The notes beneath the pieces were generated by a model. The model had not been told where the DNA came from and searched no databases. It saw only the letters and a program-made list of their open reading frames with translations. A program made the translations under genes and the position numbers. From NCBI GenBank assembly GCA_965247475.1, contig OZ252016.1, forward strand, positions 982,087 to 1,046,086: a DNA stretch of 64,000 bases, read 5' to 3'. Each line of letters opens with the position of its first letter. Position 1 is the stretch's first letter. The stretch is from Chloroflexota bacterium. Lineage in GTDB: Bacteria; Chloroflexota; UBA11872. Positions 37,810 to 47,824 of the stretch are shown piece by piece.

Positions 37810-39423
37810 CTACTCGACCGTGAAGGGCCTCCGCAGGGCCGCCGGGACATCGATCACCGATGGCCGGTCGAGCTCAAGCGCGTGGCGCAGCGTGTCGCTC
37901 AGCGTCTCGGGCGTCGCGCGCAGACCCACGGCGCCGAACGCCTCCGCATACTTCACAAAATCGGGATTCACCAGGTTGACCTCGTACTCCTGCCCGTAGT
38001 CGCGGAGCAAGTCTTCCTTGATCGCGCCGTAGGCGTTGTCGTTGATGATCACGACCGGCACGTTTAGCCCCAACTGCACCGCCGTCGCCAGTTCCTGGCC
38101 GGTGAACAGGAATCCGCCATCACCCGTGACCGCGATCGCCGGCTGGTCGGGCGCCGCCAGCTTGGCGCCCAGTGCTACCGGGTAGCCGTACCCGAGCGTC
38201 CCGAATCCAAGTCCGTACAGCCACGTGCGCGGCTCGTAGATCGGGAAGAGCTGCCGCGCCCAGTAGCCGAGCAGGTGCGGATCGCAGCCCACGATCGTGT
38301 CGCGCGGGATCGCCTCCCGAATCGCCTGCATCAACTGCCACTCCAGCGGCCCGCGCTCCGCCAGCTCGGCGCGCACCGTCGCCCGCGCGGTTCGCGCATC
38401 ATCGGTCCACCGCTCGTGCGCCAGACCCTTCGTGTCGATGGCGTCGAGGATGGCCCGCAGCGCCGACCGAGCGTCCGCGTGGATGCCGAGGCTGGCGGGG
38501 TAGTTCTTGCCCGGCTGGTCGGGATCGATGTCGATGTGAATCAGATTGTCCGGGATCGGGATCGACCAGCCCTTCGTGGTCTGATAGCAGAAATGCGTGC
38601 CGACGGCGAGCACCGCGTCCGATCGCTCCAACAGCGCATTCACCGGTCCGTGACCGGCCAGGTTGCCGATCGCCAATGGATGGTCGTCGGCAATTGAGCC
38701 GCGCCCGTTCGAGCTGGTGATCACGGGTGCGTCGAGTCGCTCGGCCAGCTCCTGCAACTCGGTCCACGCTTCGCCCGCGATCACGCCCCCGCCGGCCCAG
38801 ATGAGCGGTCGTTCGGCGGTGACCAGGCGCTCGGCGGCGCGCTCGAGATCGCGCGCGTCTCCGGCGGGCCGCTCGAACGATTCGCCGGCGAGGATCTCCA
38901 CCTCGGCTTCCGCTTTGTAGACATCGTGCGGGATCTCGATCACGGCGGGGCGAGGTCGATTGACGTGGATCTGGCGCAGGGCTTCGTGGATCACGCCGGG
39001 AATCTCCGCCGGTGACGTGACCTGCCGCGCCCACTGGCTCAGCCGGCTGAGGAGCCCCAATTGATCCTTGCTCTCGTGGATGATCCCGCGATCCTGGTAC
39101 AGGTACTGCGAGAGGTCCTCGGCGGTGATGTACAGCAGCGGCGTCGAGTCGCCGTGCGCCTCGCCGAGCGGCGTGGCGAAGTTTGTCGTGCCCGGGCCGG
39201 CGGTCCCGAGAACGGTGGCCGGCTTTCCGCTCGCCCGCGCCAGGCCGATCGCCATGAACCCGAGGCCCTGCTCGTGTCGCCCGAGCACGTGCCGGATCTT
39301 CTGCTGCGCCATGAGCCGGCCGTACAGGTGCTGGGTGTGATGGCCGGGAATGCCGAAGACGGTGTCGACGCCTTCGGCGATGAGGCTCTGGACGATCGCT
39401 TCCGAGCCGGTCATGACGGGCAT
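37810..39423 (-). CDS. Thiamine pyrophosphate-dependent enzyme (acetolactate synthase large subunit/benzoylformate decarboxylase family)
   Basis: N-terminal Pyr domain (VFGIPGHH). TPP-binding GDGGF...NN motif near the C-terminus. Confidence 0.85.
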   Translation of the reverse strand: MPVMTGSEAIVQSLIAEGVDTVFGIPGHHTQHLYGRLMAQQKIRHVLGRHEQGLGFMAIGLARASGKPATVLGTAGPGTTNFATPLGEAHGDSTPLLYITAEDLSQYLYQDRGIIHESKDQLGLLSRLSQWARQVTSPAEIPGVIHEALRQIHVNRPRPAVIEIPHDVYKAEAEVEILAGESFERPAGDARDLERAAERLVTAERPLIWAGGGVIAGEAWTELQELAERLDAPVITSSNGRGSIADDHPLAIGNLAGHGPVNALLERSDAVLAVGTHFCYQTTKGWSIPIPDNLIHIDIDPDQPGKNYPASLGIHADARSALRAILDAIDTKGLAHERWTDDARTARATVRAELAERGPLEWQLMQAIREAIPRDTIVGCDPHLLGYWARQLFPIYEPRTWLYGLGFGTLGYGYPVALGAKLAAPDQPAIAVTGDGGFLFTGQELATAVQLGLNVPVVIINDNAYGAIKEDLLRDYGQEYEVNLVNPDFVKYAEAFGAVGLRATPETLSDTLRHALELDRPSVIDVPAALRRPFTVE

Positions 39424-39473
39424 GGGTCACGGGCCTCCGTGGTTCGGTCAGCGCCGATGGTAGCCGAGGTCGA

Positions 39474-41060
39474 CTACCGCCGATCCCCGGACATCCTACC
39501 GATCGCCCGGCGCGCGAACCGCCACAGCTGCGTCACCTCAGGCACGCGCAGTAGCGCGAGCGAGAGCCCGTAGACCAGAGCCACCGCGGCGACTCCCGCG
39601 ATCAAGGTCGCCCAGCCCGCCTCGGCGCCGGGCTCGAGGCCGCGGATCGCCAGTTCGCGGACGGCCACCGCCGCCGCCGCCGACACGCCGCCGGCGATCG
39701 CGAGCTTTACGAGGAACGGCCGCGCGCCGGCGGGTCCGAACCCTCGCATGCGCCGCCAGAGCAACACCCCGAGCACGAGGCCGTGGAAGCTGTTCTGCAC
39801 GGTGTTCGCCGTCACCAACCCAAAGACCCCCGCCGGCTGGACCAGCGAGAGCGCCACCGCGAGATACACCAGGCCCCCGACAACGCCGATCAGCGCCGGC
39901 GTGACCGTGTTCTTCATGGCGTAGAAGGCCGCGATGAACAGCTGGTCGAGCGCGGTGAACGGCAACTGCACCGAGTAGATCAACAGCGCCGTGCTCACCG
40001 GAACGGTGGCGTCCGGACCGAACGCGCCGTGTTCGAACAGGGCGCGAATCACGGGTTCATTGAGGGTGGTCAACACCACCGTGGACGGCACGATCAGCAA
40101 CAGCGCGGCCTTTGCGGCCAGGACCAGCGTGCGCTTGTACGCCTCCGCCTCGGGCAGCAGCGCCTGCGACGCGGGCGCGGCACGGGCGAGCGCGGGGAGA
40201 AAGGCCAGTGCTATCGCCGACGCGATGAGGCCGAGCGGAAACTGCTGCAGGCGGGTCGCGAAGCGCATGATCGCCAGGCTGCCCTCACCGGTTCGGGACG
40301 CCAGATTGGTGTCCGCGACCACCAGGATCTGCGCGAACACCAGCCCGGCCGCCACCGGTGCATACAGTCGCAGGGCGCGGGAGAAGTCCTCGTTGTCGCG
40401 CCAGCGCGGGACGGAAAGCCAGGCGCGATCGCGTATCAGGCCGGGGACCTGGATCGCGAGGTGCGCGCCCGCCCCAGCCAGGTAGCCGAGCGCGACGCCC
40501 GGCGGCCCAATGATTGGCGTCAACGCCAGCGCGAAGACGATCAGCGTGGCGTTCAGCGACGCGGTACTGAACGCGGGGAACGCGAATCGATCGCGCGCGT
40601 AGAGGCGCGCCATGGTCACGGCGGAGACCCCGAGGAAGAGCACGCCCGGCACCGTGATCCTCGTAAGCAGCACCGCCAGATCGCGCGTCTCGGGCGACAG
40701 CCCGGCGGCGGCCAGATCGATGATCGGCTCCGCCAATAGGACGAGCAGGCCCACCGCGGCCACCAGCGCCACGGCGGCCGACACGAGAATGGTGGAGAAC
40801 GCCCGCCGCAGCCGCGGTTCGTCGCTCGTGAGGTCGCTGAAGATCGGGATCAGCGCGCCGGCCACGGCGCCGCCGATCATCAGCTCATGCAGCATCTGCG
40901 GGATGCGAGTGGCCACTTCCAGTGCGTCGGTCTCGGCGCCGACGCCCAGCAGCGCGGCGATGACCGGCTCTCGAACGAGCCCAAGCCCGCGACTCAGGAC
41001 GTTTCCGGCGGCGATCAGCAGCGCGGCGAGCGCGATCCGACGCGCCTGCGGCTCGATCAC
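39474..41060 (-). CDS. murJ: Lipid II flippase MurJ (MviN)
   Basis: Conserved MurJ N-terminus (NVLSRGLGLVRE...AALLG) and about 14 TM segments. Start tentatively at GTG 41060, because the ORF is open to 41285. Confidence 0.7.
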   Translation of the reverse strand: MIEPQARRIALAALLIAAGNVLSRGLGLVREPVIAALLGVGAETDALEVATRIPQMLHELMIGGAVAGALIPIFSDLTSDEPRLRRAFSTILVSAAVALVAAVGLLVLLAEPIIDLAAAGLSPETRDLAVLLTRITVPGVLFLGVSAVTMARLYARDRFAFPAFSTASLNATLIVFALALTPIIGPPGVALGYLAGAGAHLAIQVPGLIRDRAWLSVPRWRDNEDFSRALRLYAPVAAGLVFAQILVVADTNLASRTGEGSLAIMRFATRLQQFPLGLIASAIALAFLPALARAAPASQALLPEAEAYKRTLVLAAKAALLLIVPSTVVLTTLNEPVIRALFEHGAFGPDATVPVSTALLIYSVQLPFTALDQLFIAAFYAMKNTVTPALIGVVGGLVYLAVALSLVQPAGVFGLVTANTVQNSFHGLVLGVLLWRRMRGFGPAGARPFLVKLAIAGGVSAAAAVAVRELAIRGLEPGAEAGWATLIAGVAAVALVYGLSLALLRVPEVTQLWRFARRAIGRMSGDRR

Positions 41061-41557
41061 GTGCGCCGTTGGACTCTCGAAATCAGGTCCCTCGATGACC
41101 GGCCGGGGACGAGCGGCACGAAGCGAACCTGGATCCCCAATCGATCGACCGTTGCCTGTTCGGGAAGGTCCCGCCCGCCGACCGACGCGTCGTAGTCGGC
41201 GCCCTTGACATAAACATCGGGGCGGACCCGCTCGATGAGCGCATCGGCCGTGGCCTCGTGCATTGCCGTGACCGCGTCGACCCACCGGATCGCGGCCAGC
41301 AGTTCCAATCGGTCCTCCAGCGGGAGGAGCGGGCGGCCGTTCCCCTTCAGCGAGCGGACCGAGCGGTCGTCGTTGACCCCGACCACGAGCGCATCGCCGA
41401 ATGTGCTCGCGCTCCGCAAGAACGCCACGTGGCCGCCGTGCAACAGGTCGAAGCAGCCGTTGGTCAGCACGAGCCGCCGTCCGTCGGCGCGTGCCCGCTC
41501 GCAGTACGCCGCGAGCTCCGCCCGATCGACCGCCGGGGCCTCAGCCGGACGCGACAT
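41057..41557 (-). CDS. D-glycero-beta-D-manno-heptose 1-phosphate adenylyltransferase (RfaE domain II, cytidylyltransferase fold)
   Basis: LTNGCFDLLHGGHVAFL nucleotidyltransferase motif. Confidence 0.8.
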   Translation of the reverse strand: MSRPAEAPAVDRAELAAYCERARADGRRLVLTNGCFDLLHGGHVAFLRSASTFGDALVVGVNDDRSVRSLKGNGRPLLPLEDRLELLAAIRWVDAVTAMHEATADALIERVRPDVYVKGADYDASVGGRDLPEQATVDRLGIQVRFVPLVPGRSSRDLISRVQRRT

Positions 41558-42587
41558 GGACCTCGGCCAGAATGTCGTCGGCGCTGGCGACGGCGGCGCC
41601 CATGCGGCGCACCACGACGCGGGCGGCGAGATCCGCGAGCAGCGCCGCCTCCAGCGGTGCGGCGCCGGCGATCAGCGCGGCCGTCATCGCTGCGGCGACC
41701 GTATCCCCCGCGCCGGTTGGGTCGGCGACGTGCGTCACTTGGGCCGGGATGTGCACGGCCGGGTCGGCGGCCGTGGCGAGCACCATCCCGGCCTCACCCA
41801 GCGTCACGAGCACGGTGTCGATCTCGAGCAATTCGCGCAGCTCGGCCGCGCCCGCACGCATCTCGTCCGGTTCGCCGAATTCGCGCCCCAGCTCACGCTC
41901 GGCCTCCGGCTGGTTGGGCGTCGCAAGCGCGACGCCCCGAAAGCGCGACAGCTCCCCGTGCGCGTCGACCGTGACCGGGACGGCGTGCGTCGCGGCGAGC
42001 GGCAGCACGGTGTCCACGATGGCGCGACTGACCAAGCCGTTCTCGTAGTCGGAGATCACCAGCGCGCTCGCCGCCGGAATCGCCGCTTCGAGGTAGAGCA
42101 GCAACTGCTCCTCGACCTCGGGACGAAGCTCGCTGCGATCCACGCTATCGACGCGCGCGACCATGCGCTGCGGCCGCTGGCGATCGCCGCCCGCCCAGAC
42201 TCTGAGCTTGACGGACGTGTTGCGGCTCGCATCGTGCATGACCCCGGCGGTGTGGATTCCCTGCGACTCGAGCTGCTCGCGCAGCGCATCCGCCATCGAG
42301 TCGGCGCCGACCACGCCGGCGACCAGGACCTCACTGCCGAGCGCTCGCAGATTCGCCGCCACGCTGGTTGCGCCGCCGGGTCCCAGCAGACGCGCGTCTT
42401 GCTCGATGACCGGGATTGGCGCTTCCCGAGCGACGCCCCTGGCGCGGCCGATGACGTGCTCATCCACCATCATGTCGCCGAGCACGATGACGCGGGCGCC
42501 GGCCGCGCCGGCCAGGATCTCCCGCGCGCGCGCGGCCGACAGTGCGGCGGGCGCCGCGGCGCCGGAGACCTCCTCTGTTCTCGCCAT
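41541..42587 (-). CDS. D-glycero-beta-D-manno-heptose-7-phosphate kinase (RfaE domain I, PfkB family)
   Basis: PfkB motifs (DTVGAGD, GAAP) and RfaE kinase similarity. Start at ATG 42587. The gene overlaps the adenylyltransferase gene by 17 nt. Confidence 0.8.
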   Translation of the reverse strand: MARTEEVSGAAAPAALSAARAREILAGAAGARVIVLGDMMVDEHVIGRARGVAREAPIPVIEQDARLLGPGGATSVAANLRALGSEVLVAGVVGADSMADALREQLESQGIHTAGVMHDASRNTSVKLRVWAGGDRQRPQRMVARVDSVDRSELRPEVEEQLLLYLEAAIPAASALVISDYENGLVSRAIVDTVLPLAATHAVPVTVDAHGELSRFRGVALATPNQPEAERELGREFGEPDEMRAGAAELRELLEIDTVLVTLGEAGMVLATAADPAVHIPAQVTHVADPTGAGDTVAAAMTAALIAGAAPLEAALLADLAARVVVRRMGAAVASADDILAEVHVASG

Positions 42588-42888
42588 CACGCCATCCTCG
42601 CCCACGCGGCTCGGTCTACTATGAAGCGTGACGCCGCGCCGCAGCGTGATGATTGTCTCGCAGGCGGGGTCGGGGCGTGACCAACCTGCTCGCGCGTGCA
42701 CCGCTGGTGGTGAGCGGGAGGCTGCGGTCCACGCCGGCTCGCGGAACGCCGGTCCGACCGGCGCTTGTTTCCAAGTTGGCAGCTACCCATCGGCCGGGCG
42801 CAGCGTACCAGAGCGCCTGAGGGTCGCTGCTATCATGAGCGGACATCCGAATCGGCGGGCGCCAATCGCGCGCGGGTAGACCCTATTG

Positions 42889-43022
42889 TGAACAAGAGCA
42901 GGCGCGTCGCGTGGCGCAAGCACCGCAAGGCCGCCAAGAAGCACCGTCGCCGGCGCGCCGCCGAGCGGCAAGAAGCCGATACGAAGGAACGCCGGCGCGG
43001 CAGGTCCAGCTCCAAGAGCTAG
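42889..43022 (+). CDS. Candidate small, highly basic protein of 44 aa, not recognised
   Basis: GTG-initiated ORF VNKSRRVAWRKHRKAAKKHRRRRAAERQEADTKERRRGRSSSKS. Its Lys/Arg richness is atypical for spurious ORFs in 70% GC DNA. It sits in a 480-bp divergent intergenic region. Confidence 0.3.
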
Positions 43023-43065
43023 CGGCTGGCTCAATGGCGCGCCGAACCGTTCGCCTCCCCCATCG

Positions 43066-44367
43066 TTGAACGAGCGCGCGTTGCCGGCCCACGCGCAGGC
43101 GCGGCTCGAGAACGGCGCCCATTCGGCGGTCACTCCCATGGGCCACGCCCGATCGGTCGCGATCGTGGTGGCCTCGCGGATCGGGTCCGGCTACGAGTCC
43201 GCCGCCGAGCAGGGCGCGTCCCACTTCGTCGAGCACATGCTGTTCAAGGGCACGGTCGCACGGCCCTCCTACACGGAGATTGGCGCCGCGATCGAGTCGC
43301 TTGGCGGGCAGATCAACGCCTCCACCGAGCCGGAGATGACGACGCTATGGGCCAAGGTGGGCGCAAGCCACTGGCGGGCCGCGCTCGACGTCCTCGCCGA
43401 CATGGCCGCGAACGCGACCTTCCAGCCCGACGAGATCGACAAGGAACGACGGGTGATCCTCGACGAGCTCGCGCTCATCGAGGACGCGCCCGAGGAGGCG
43501 GTGCGCCGGTCGATCCGCGGGCGTCTGTGGCCGCGTCACGGCGTCGGCCGTGAGGTCGCCGGACCGCCCGAGAACATCAGGGCCGTGTCCGCCGACCAGC
43601 TCAAGGCGCACGCGCGACGGATGTTCGTGGGCGCCAACCTGGTCGTGAGCGTGGCCGGCGATGTGGACGCGAGCGAGGCGCAGGCGGGCATCGCCGAGGC
43701 GTTCGGCGGCCTCCCGGAGGGGCGGCCCGCCGCCTGGCCTCCGTTCGTGCCCAACGGCCCGCCGCGGCCTCGATCGAGCGTGGCCGAGCGTGAAGCCGAG
43801 CAGGCCTATTTCTCGGTCGCGGGGCGGGCGCCGAAGCGGGCGGACCCCGACCGCTTCGGGATGGACGTGCTCTGCGCGGCGCTTGGCGAGGGGATGGGCT
43901 CGCGCCTGTTCGGCGAGCTGAGGGAGACCCGGGGCATTGTCTACGAGGTGTTCTCCTCGCTCGTGGTGACCCGCGACTCCGGCGCGATGGTGGTGGAAGG
44001 ATCGACCGATCCGGACACGCTCGATGAGGCGATGGCGGCAGTGCTGGTGGAGATTGGCCGGATGGCGGCGGCCGGCATCGGTGAGTCCGAGCTGACACGC
44101 GCCCGCGAGTTCATCAAAGGCGATATCGAGCTTTCGATGGAAGACCCTCACACCGTCGCGACCTGGTACGCACGCGAGCACCTGCTCGAGTCGGAGCGAC
44201 TGTCGCCGGAGGAAGTCGTTGCCAAATACGATCAAGTCTCCGGGTCGGACGTGGCGCGTGTGGCTAGACGGGTGCTGAGCGACGACTGGGCCATCGCCGC
44301 CGCCGCCGGTCCGCTCGACGAAGATCATCCGCTGCCGGTCACGCTCGCTGGGAATCCGGAGGCGTAG
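43066..44367 (+). CDS. M16 family (pitrilysin/insulinase-like) peptidase
   Basis: HFVEHMLFKGT inverted zinc-binding motif region. TTG start. Confidence 0.8.
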   Translation: MNERALPAHAQARLENGAHSAVTPMGHARSVAIVVASRIGSGYESAAEQGASHFVEHMLFKGTVARPSYTEIGAAIESLGGQINASTEPEMTTLWAKVGASHWRAALDVLADMAANATFQPDEIDKERRVILDELALIEDAPEEAVRRSIRGRLWPRHGVGREVAGPPENIRAVSADQLKAHARRMFVGANLVVSVAGDVDASEAQAGIAEAFGGLPEGRPAAWPPFVPNGPPRPRSSVAEREAEQAYFSVAGRAPKRADPDRFGMDVLCAALGEGMGSRLFGELRETRGIVYEVFSSLVVTRDSGAMVVEGSTDPDTLDEAMAAVLVEIGRMAAAGIGESELTRAREFIKGDIELSMEDPHTVATWYAREHLLESERLSPEEVVAKYDQVSGSDVARVARRVLSDDWAIAAAAGPLDEDHPLPVTLAGNPEA

Positions 44368-44370
44368 CCC

Positions 44371-45816
44371 ATGGTCCCGAGCGAAATCGTTCGCCGCGGA
44401 CGCGAATCCTTCGATCGCGGCGATTCCGGCACGGCGCGGTCGCTGGCGGAACATGTCCTCGGAGTCATCCGCAAGCACGCGGGCGCGCGTCTGCTGCGCG
44501 CGCTGATCGCGGAGTCGGAGGGTCGCCTCGATGAGGCCCTCGACGACCTCAGTCTCGTTGTGTCGGCCGAGCCCGCGAATCCCGAAGCGCGCGTCGTGCA
44601 AGGCCGGATCTTCAAGGTCAAGGGCGACGACGCTCGCGCGCGCGCGTTCGCGCGCCAGACGGTGGAGCTGATTCCAAGGTCGCCCGCTGTCCTGGAGTCG
44701 GCGCTGGACATCGTCGGCGTGGATGCCGATGCGCTTGCGTCATCGCCGGCGGTCCTCGGCCGCGTGCATCTGTCCAGCGGCTGGCCGTCGCTGGCAGAGC
44801 GGCACGCCCGGCTCGGGCTCGAGGATGGAGCGGATCGCGTCGACGTGCGCTTGACGCTGGCCGAGGCCTTGTGGCGACAGGGCCGGCTGGCCGAATGCGA
44901 CGAGCAGTGCGAAGTCGTCTTCGATCAGGCCAGCGACTGCGTGCGGGCGGCCATCATGCGGGCGCACGTGCTGTCGGAGCAGGGGCGAACGGCACAGGGC
45001 CAGGATCTGCTGGAGCTCGCGGGTGAGATCGATCCCGAGTACCTGGAGGCGCGGGAGCTGCTTGCGACTCTCGAGTTCCACCGTTTGGTGCTGCCGGAGC
45101 CGGCGGAAATCATGGTGCCCGAGGCTCTTTCGGCTACGGGAGACCACGCCGCTCCGGCGTCCGCGCCCGCTCCCCAGCCCCCAGATGCTTCGACAGGCGA
45201 CGCGGTCCGCGAACCCGCCGGCGCCGCGGCTGAAACAGCGCGCCCCCTTGACGAGCCGGATGACCCCACCGCCGGAGAGCCGATGGCCCCCGGTGAGTCC
45301 CCAGCCGACTCGTCGGTACCAACGGCGCCGGCCGTGAGCCCGGTCGAGCAAACACCCTTGCCGATCGAGGGCGAGCGCACAACGCCCGGTCCCGATGCTC
45401 GAGCCGGCGCCGACACCGTCGCCACCGGCGCTCCCGAATCTGATGTCGGCGATGACGATGGCCCCGACGCCGCGGCGCCAACCGCACACGAGGTCGAGGA
45501 GCAGCCCGACCAGACACAGCCGGCCGCGGAGCCCCTGTCCCCCGCGCGGGCGGAGCTGACACAGATCGATTGGGTGCGCGAGCTGCTGAATCGGGGCGGC
45601 TGGACAGAGGCGGAACGCACGCTTCACGAGTTGGTCGAAGAGGCGAGCCACCCGATCGCCGAGATCGACTCGGTGCTGGAGGAAGCGACGCGTCTGGCGC
45701 CGATCGCGGGCGTCGCGTGGAAGCTCCTCGGCGACTTCCGAATGCGAACCAGCCGTCCACAGGCCGCGGCGGAGGCGTATCTCAAGGCGGCCAAGCAAGC
45801 GAGCAACGGTGAGTGA
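44371..45816 (+). CDS. TPR repeat protein with an acidic Pro/Ala-rich central region
   Basis: N-terminal TPR-like helices. An acidic low-complexity linker. A C-terminal helical domain. Starts 4 nt after the M16 stop. Confidence 0.65.
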   Translation: MVPSEIVRRGRESFDRGDSGTARSLAEHVLGVIRKHAGARLLRALIAESEGRLDEALDDLSLVVSAEPANPEARVVQGRIFKVKGDDARARAFARQTVELIPRSPAVLESALDIVGVDADALASSPAVLGRVHLSSGWPSLAERHARLGLEDGADRVDVRLTLAEALWRQGRLAECDEQCEVVFDQASDCVRAAIMRAHVLSEQGRTAQGQDLLELAGEIDPEYLEARELLATLEFHRLVLPEPAEIMVPEALSATGDHAAPASAPAPQPPDASTGDAVREPAGAAAETARPLDEPDDPTAGEPMAPGESPADSSVPTAPAVSPVEQTPLPIEGERTTPGPDARAGADTVATGAPESDVGDDDGPDAAAPTAHEVEEQPDQTQPAAEPLSPARAELTQIDWVRELLNRGGWTEAERTLHELVEEASHPIAEIDSVLEEATRLAPIAGVAWKLLGDFRMRTSRPQAAAEAYLKAAKQASNGE

Positions 45817-46144
45817 AGCGGCCGAGCTGCACGCGCGTATCTCCGCGCTTCCACGCGTCGAGGGAGCGGTGGTTTGGCGGCTCGGCGATGTGCCGGTCGG
45901 TCGGCTCGATCGGATGGCAAACGCCGCCGCTCCGGGGCTGCTGGCGGCGGGGATCGGAAGCATCGAGCAGGTCATCGAGTTGGCCGGACTTGGCCAAATC
46001 GAGGAGCTGTGGTTTCTTACAGACAACGTGCAATGCCTCGCGGTCCGCTTCGCCGAATGGCAGGCAATCGTGGTGACCGCCACCGCCGCGGACATCGAGG
46101 CTCTCCGGGACCAGATCACCGATCTACTCGACAAGCGTGCTTGA
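45809..46144 (+). CDS. Roadblock/LC7 domain protein (MglB-like)
   Basis: 111 aa. VEGAVVWRLGD...ELWFLTDNVQCLAVRF...IVVTATAADIEALRDQI follows the Roadblock fold pattern. Overlaps the TPR gene by 8 nt. Confidence 0.7.
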   Translation: MSEAAELHARISALPRVEGAVVWRLGDVPVGRLDRMANAAAPGLLAAGIGSIEQVIELAGLGQIEELWFLTDNVQCLAVRFAEWQAIVVTATAADIEALRDQITDLLDKRA

Positions 46145-46192
46145 GCCCACGACCGTGACATCGCGCACCACCCACAGACGGACCTGCTGCCC

Positions 46193-46657
46193 ATGAGTGC
46201 CGAGATGGAACGATCGCTCGTCCTGCTGAAGCCGGACGCGCTCCAGCGCGGTGTCGCCATGGAGATTCTCGCCCGGTTCGAGCGGCGTGGTCTTCGGACG
46301 GTGGCGCTCAAGCTGGTTCAGATCAGCCACGAGCTGGCTGCGCGCCACTACGCGGTGCACCAAGGCAAGTTCTTCTACGACGACCTCGTCCGCCATATCA
46401 CGGCCGGTCCGGTCATCGCGACGGTGCTCGAAGGCCCCGAGTGCATCGGCGTTGTACGGTCGATGGTGGGCGCCACGCGTCCGCATGAGGCTGAACCGGG
46501 CACCATTCGAGGCGACCTGGCGCTGACCCCGCTGCGAAACCTGGTCCACGCGTCCGACTCCGCCGAGACGGCCGCCGCCGAGATCGATCTGCACTTCGAT
46601 GCCGGGGAGTTGCTCGACTATGAGCGGCCGCTCGACGAATGGATATATGAAACGTAG
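46193..46657 (+). CDS. ndk: Nucleoside diphosphate kinase
   Basis: ERSLVLLKPDALQRG...NLVHASDS is a canonical NDK motif with the active-site His. Confidence 0.9.
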   Translation: MSAEMERSLVLLKPDALQRGVAMEILARFERRGLRTVALKLVQISHELAARHYAVHQGKFFYDDLVRHITAGPVIATVLEGPECIGVVRSMVGATRPHEAEPGTIRGDLALTPLRNLVHASDSAETAAAEIDLHFDAGELLDYERPLDEWIYET

Positions 46658-46693
46658 GCGGGAAGGACGGCGGAACGGGGCGCCGGCCCGCAC

Positions 46694-47824
46694 GTGAAGA
46701 TTCACGAGTTCGACGCCCGCCGAGTATTCGCTGATCACGGTCTTCCGGTCCCGCCGAGTCGCATCGCTCGGGATCCCGACGCTGCCGGCGACGCCGCACG
46801 CGGGTTCGGCGGCCCCGTCGTCGTCAAGGCCCAGGTCCTCGTTGGGGGGCGCGGCAAGGCTGGCGGAGTGAAGCTCGCGGCGAACGCCGACCAGGCGCGA
46901 GCGGCGGCCGAGTCGATCCTGGGAATGGACATCCACGGGGAGACGGTGCGCAAGGTCCTCGTGGCGCCCGCGATCGATATCGAACGAGAGTTCTACCTAG
47001 GCGCCGTTCTCGATCGGGCGCGTGATTGCGTGGCTGTGATGGCCAGCGCCGAGGGCGGCGTCGAGATCGAGCAGATTGCCGAGGCAAGCCCCGAGGCGAT
47101 TCACTCGGTGCACGTCGATGGCGCGGACGGGCTGGCCGGCTGGCAGGCGCGCCAGCTCGGGTTCGTGCTTGGACTGGCGCCGGAGCAAGTCCGGCCGTTC
47201 GTCGCGATCGCGCAGGGACTCATGCGCGCCTTCTTCGCGGTTGATGCGTCGCTCGCGGAAGTGAATCCGCTCGTGCTCGACGGCGCGGGGGCCTTTCACG
47301 CGATCGATGCCAAGATCAACATCGACGACAGCGCGATGTTCCGCCATCCCGAACTCGAGGACCTGCGCGACCCTTCGCAGGAAAGCGCGGCCGAGGCGCA
47401 GGCGCGCATGGCCGACATCAGCCACATCCAGCTGCGTGGGGCGATCGGCTGCATGGTCAACGGCGCGGGCCTTGCCATGGCGACGATGGACGTGATCAAG
47501 CACTACGGCGGCGAACCCGCCAACTTTCTCGACGTCGGCGGCGGTGCGGGGCCGAATCGGGTCGCTACCGCGTTCCGGCTCATCCTCGATGACCCAAACG
47601 TGCGGGCGGTCTTTGTGAACATCTTTGCCGGCATCACGCGCGCCGACGACGTTGCCCGCGGGATCCTGGAGGCCCGGCCCGCGATGTCGCGTGACGTCCC
47701 GCTGGTCGTGCGGCTGGTCGGCACGAACGAAGACGAGGGCATTCGACTCCTGGCCGACGCCGGGATTCAGGCCGTCCGATCGATGGATGAAGCCGCGCAG
47801 TTCGCGGTCAAGGCCTCGGCGTGA
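46694..47824 (+). CDS. sucC: Succinyl-CoA synthetase beta subunit
   Basis: ATP-grasp N-terminus ([19 protein letters not shown]) and CoA-ligase C-terminus. Confidence 0.9.
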   Translation: MKIHEFDARRVFADHGLPVPPSRIARDPDAAGDAARGFGGPVVVKAQVLVGGRGKAGGVKLAANADQARAAAESILGMDIHGETVRKVLVAPAIDIEREFYLGAVLDRARDCVAVMASAEGGVEIEQIAEASPEAIHSVHVDGADGLAGWQARQLGFVLGLAPEQVRPFVAIAQGLMRAFFAVDASLAEVNPLVLDGAGAFHAIDAKINIDDSAMFRHPELEDLRDPSQESAAEAQARMADISHIQLRGAIGCMVNGAGLAMATMDVIKHYGGEPANFLDVGGGAGPNRVATAFRLILDDPNVRAVFVNIFAGITRADDVARGILEARPAMSRDVPLVVRLVGTNEDEGIRLLADAGIQAVRSMDEAAQFAVKASA

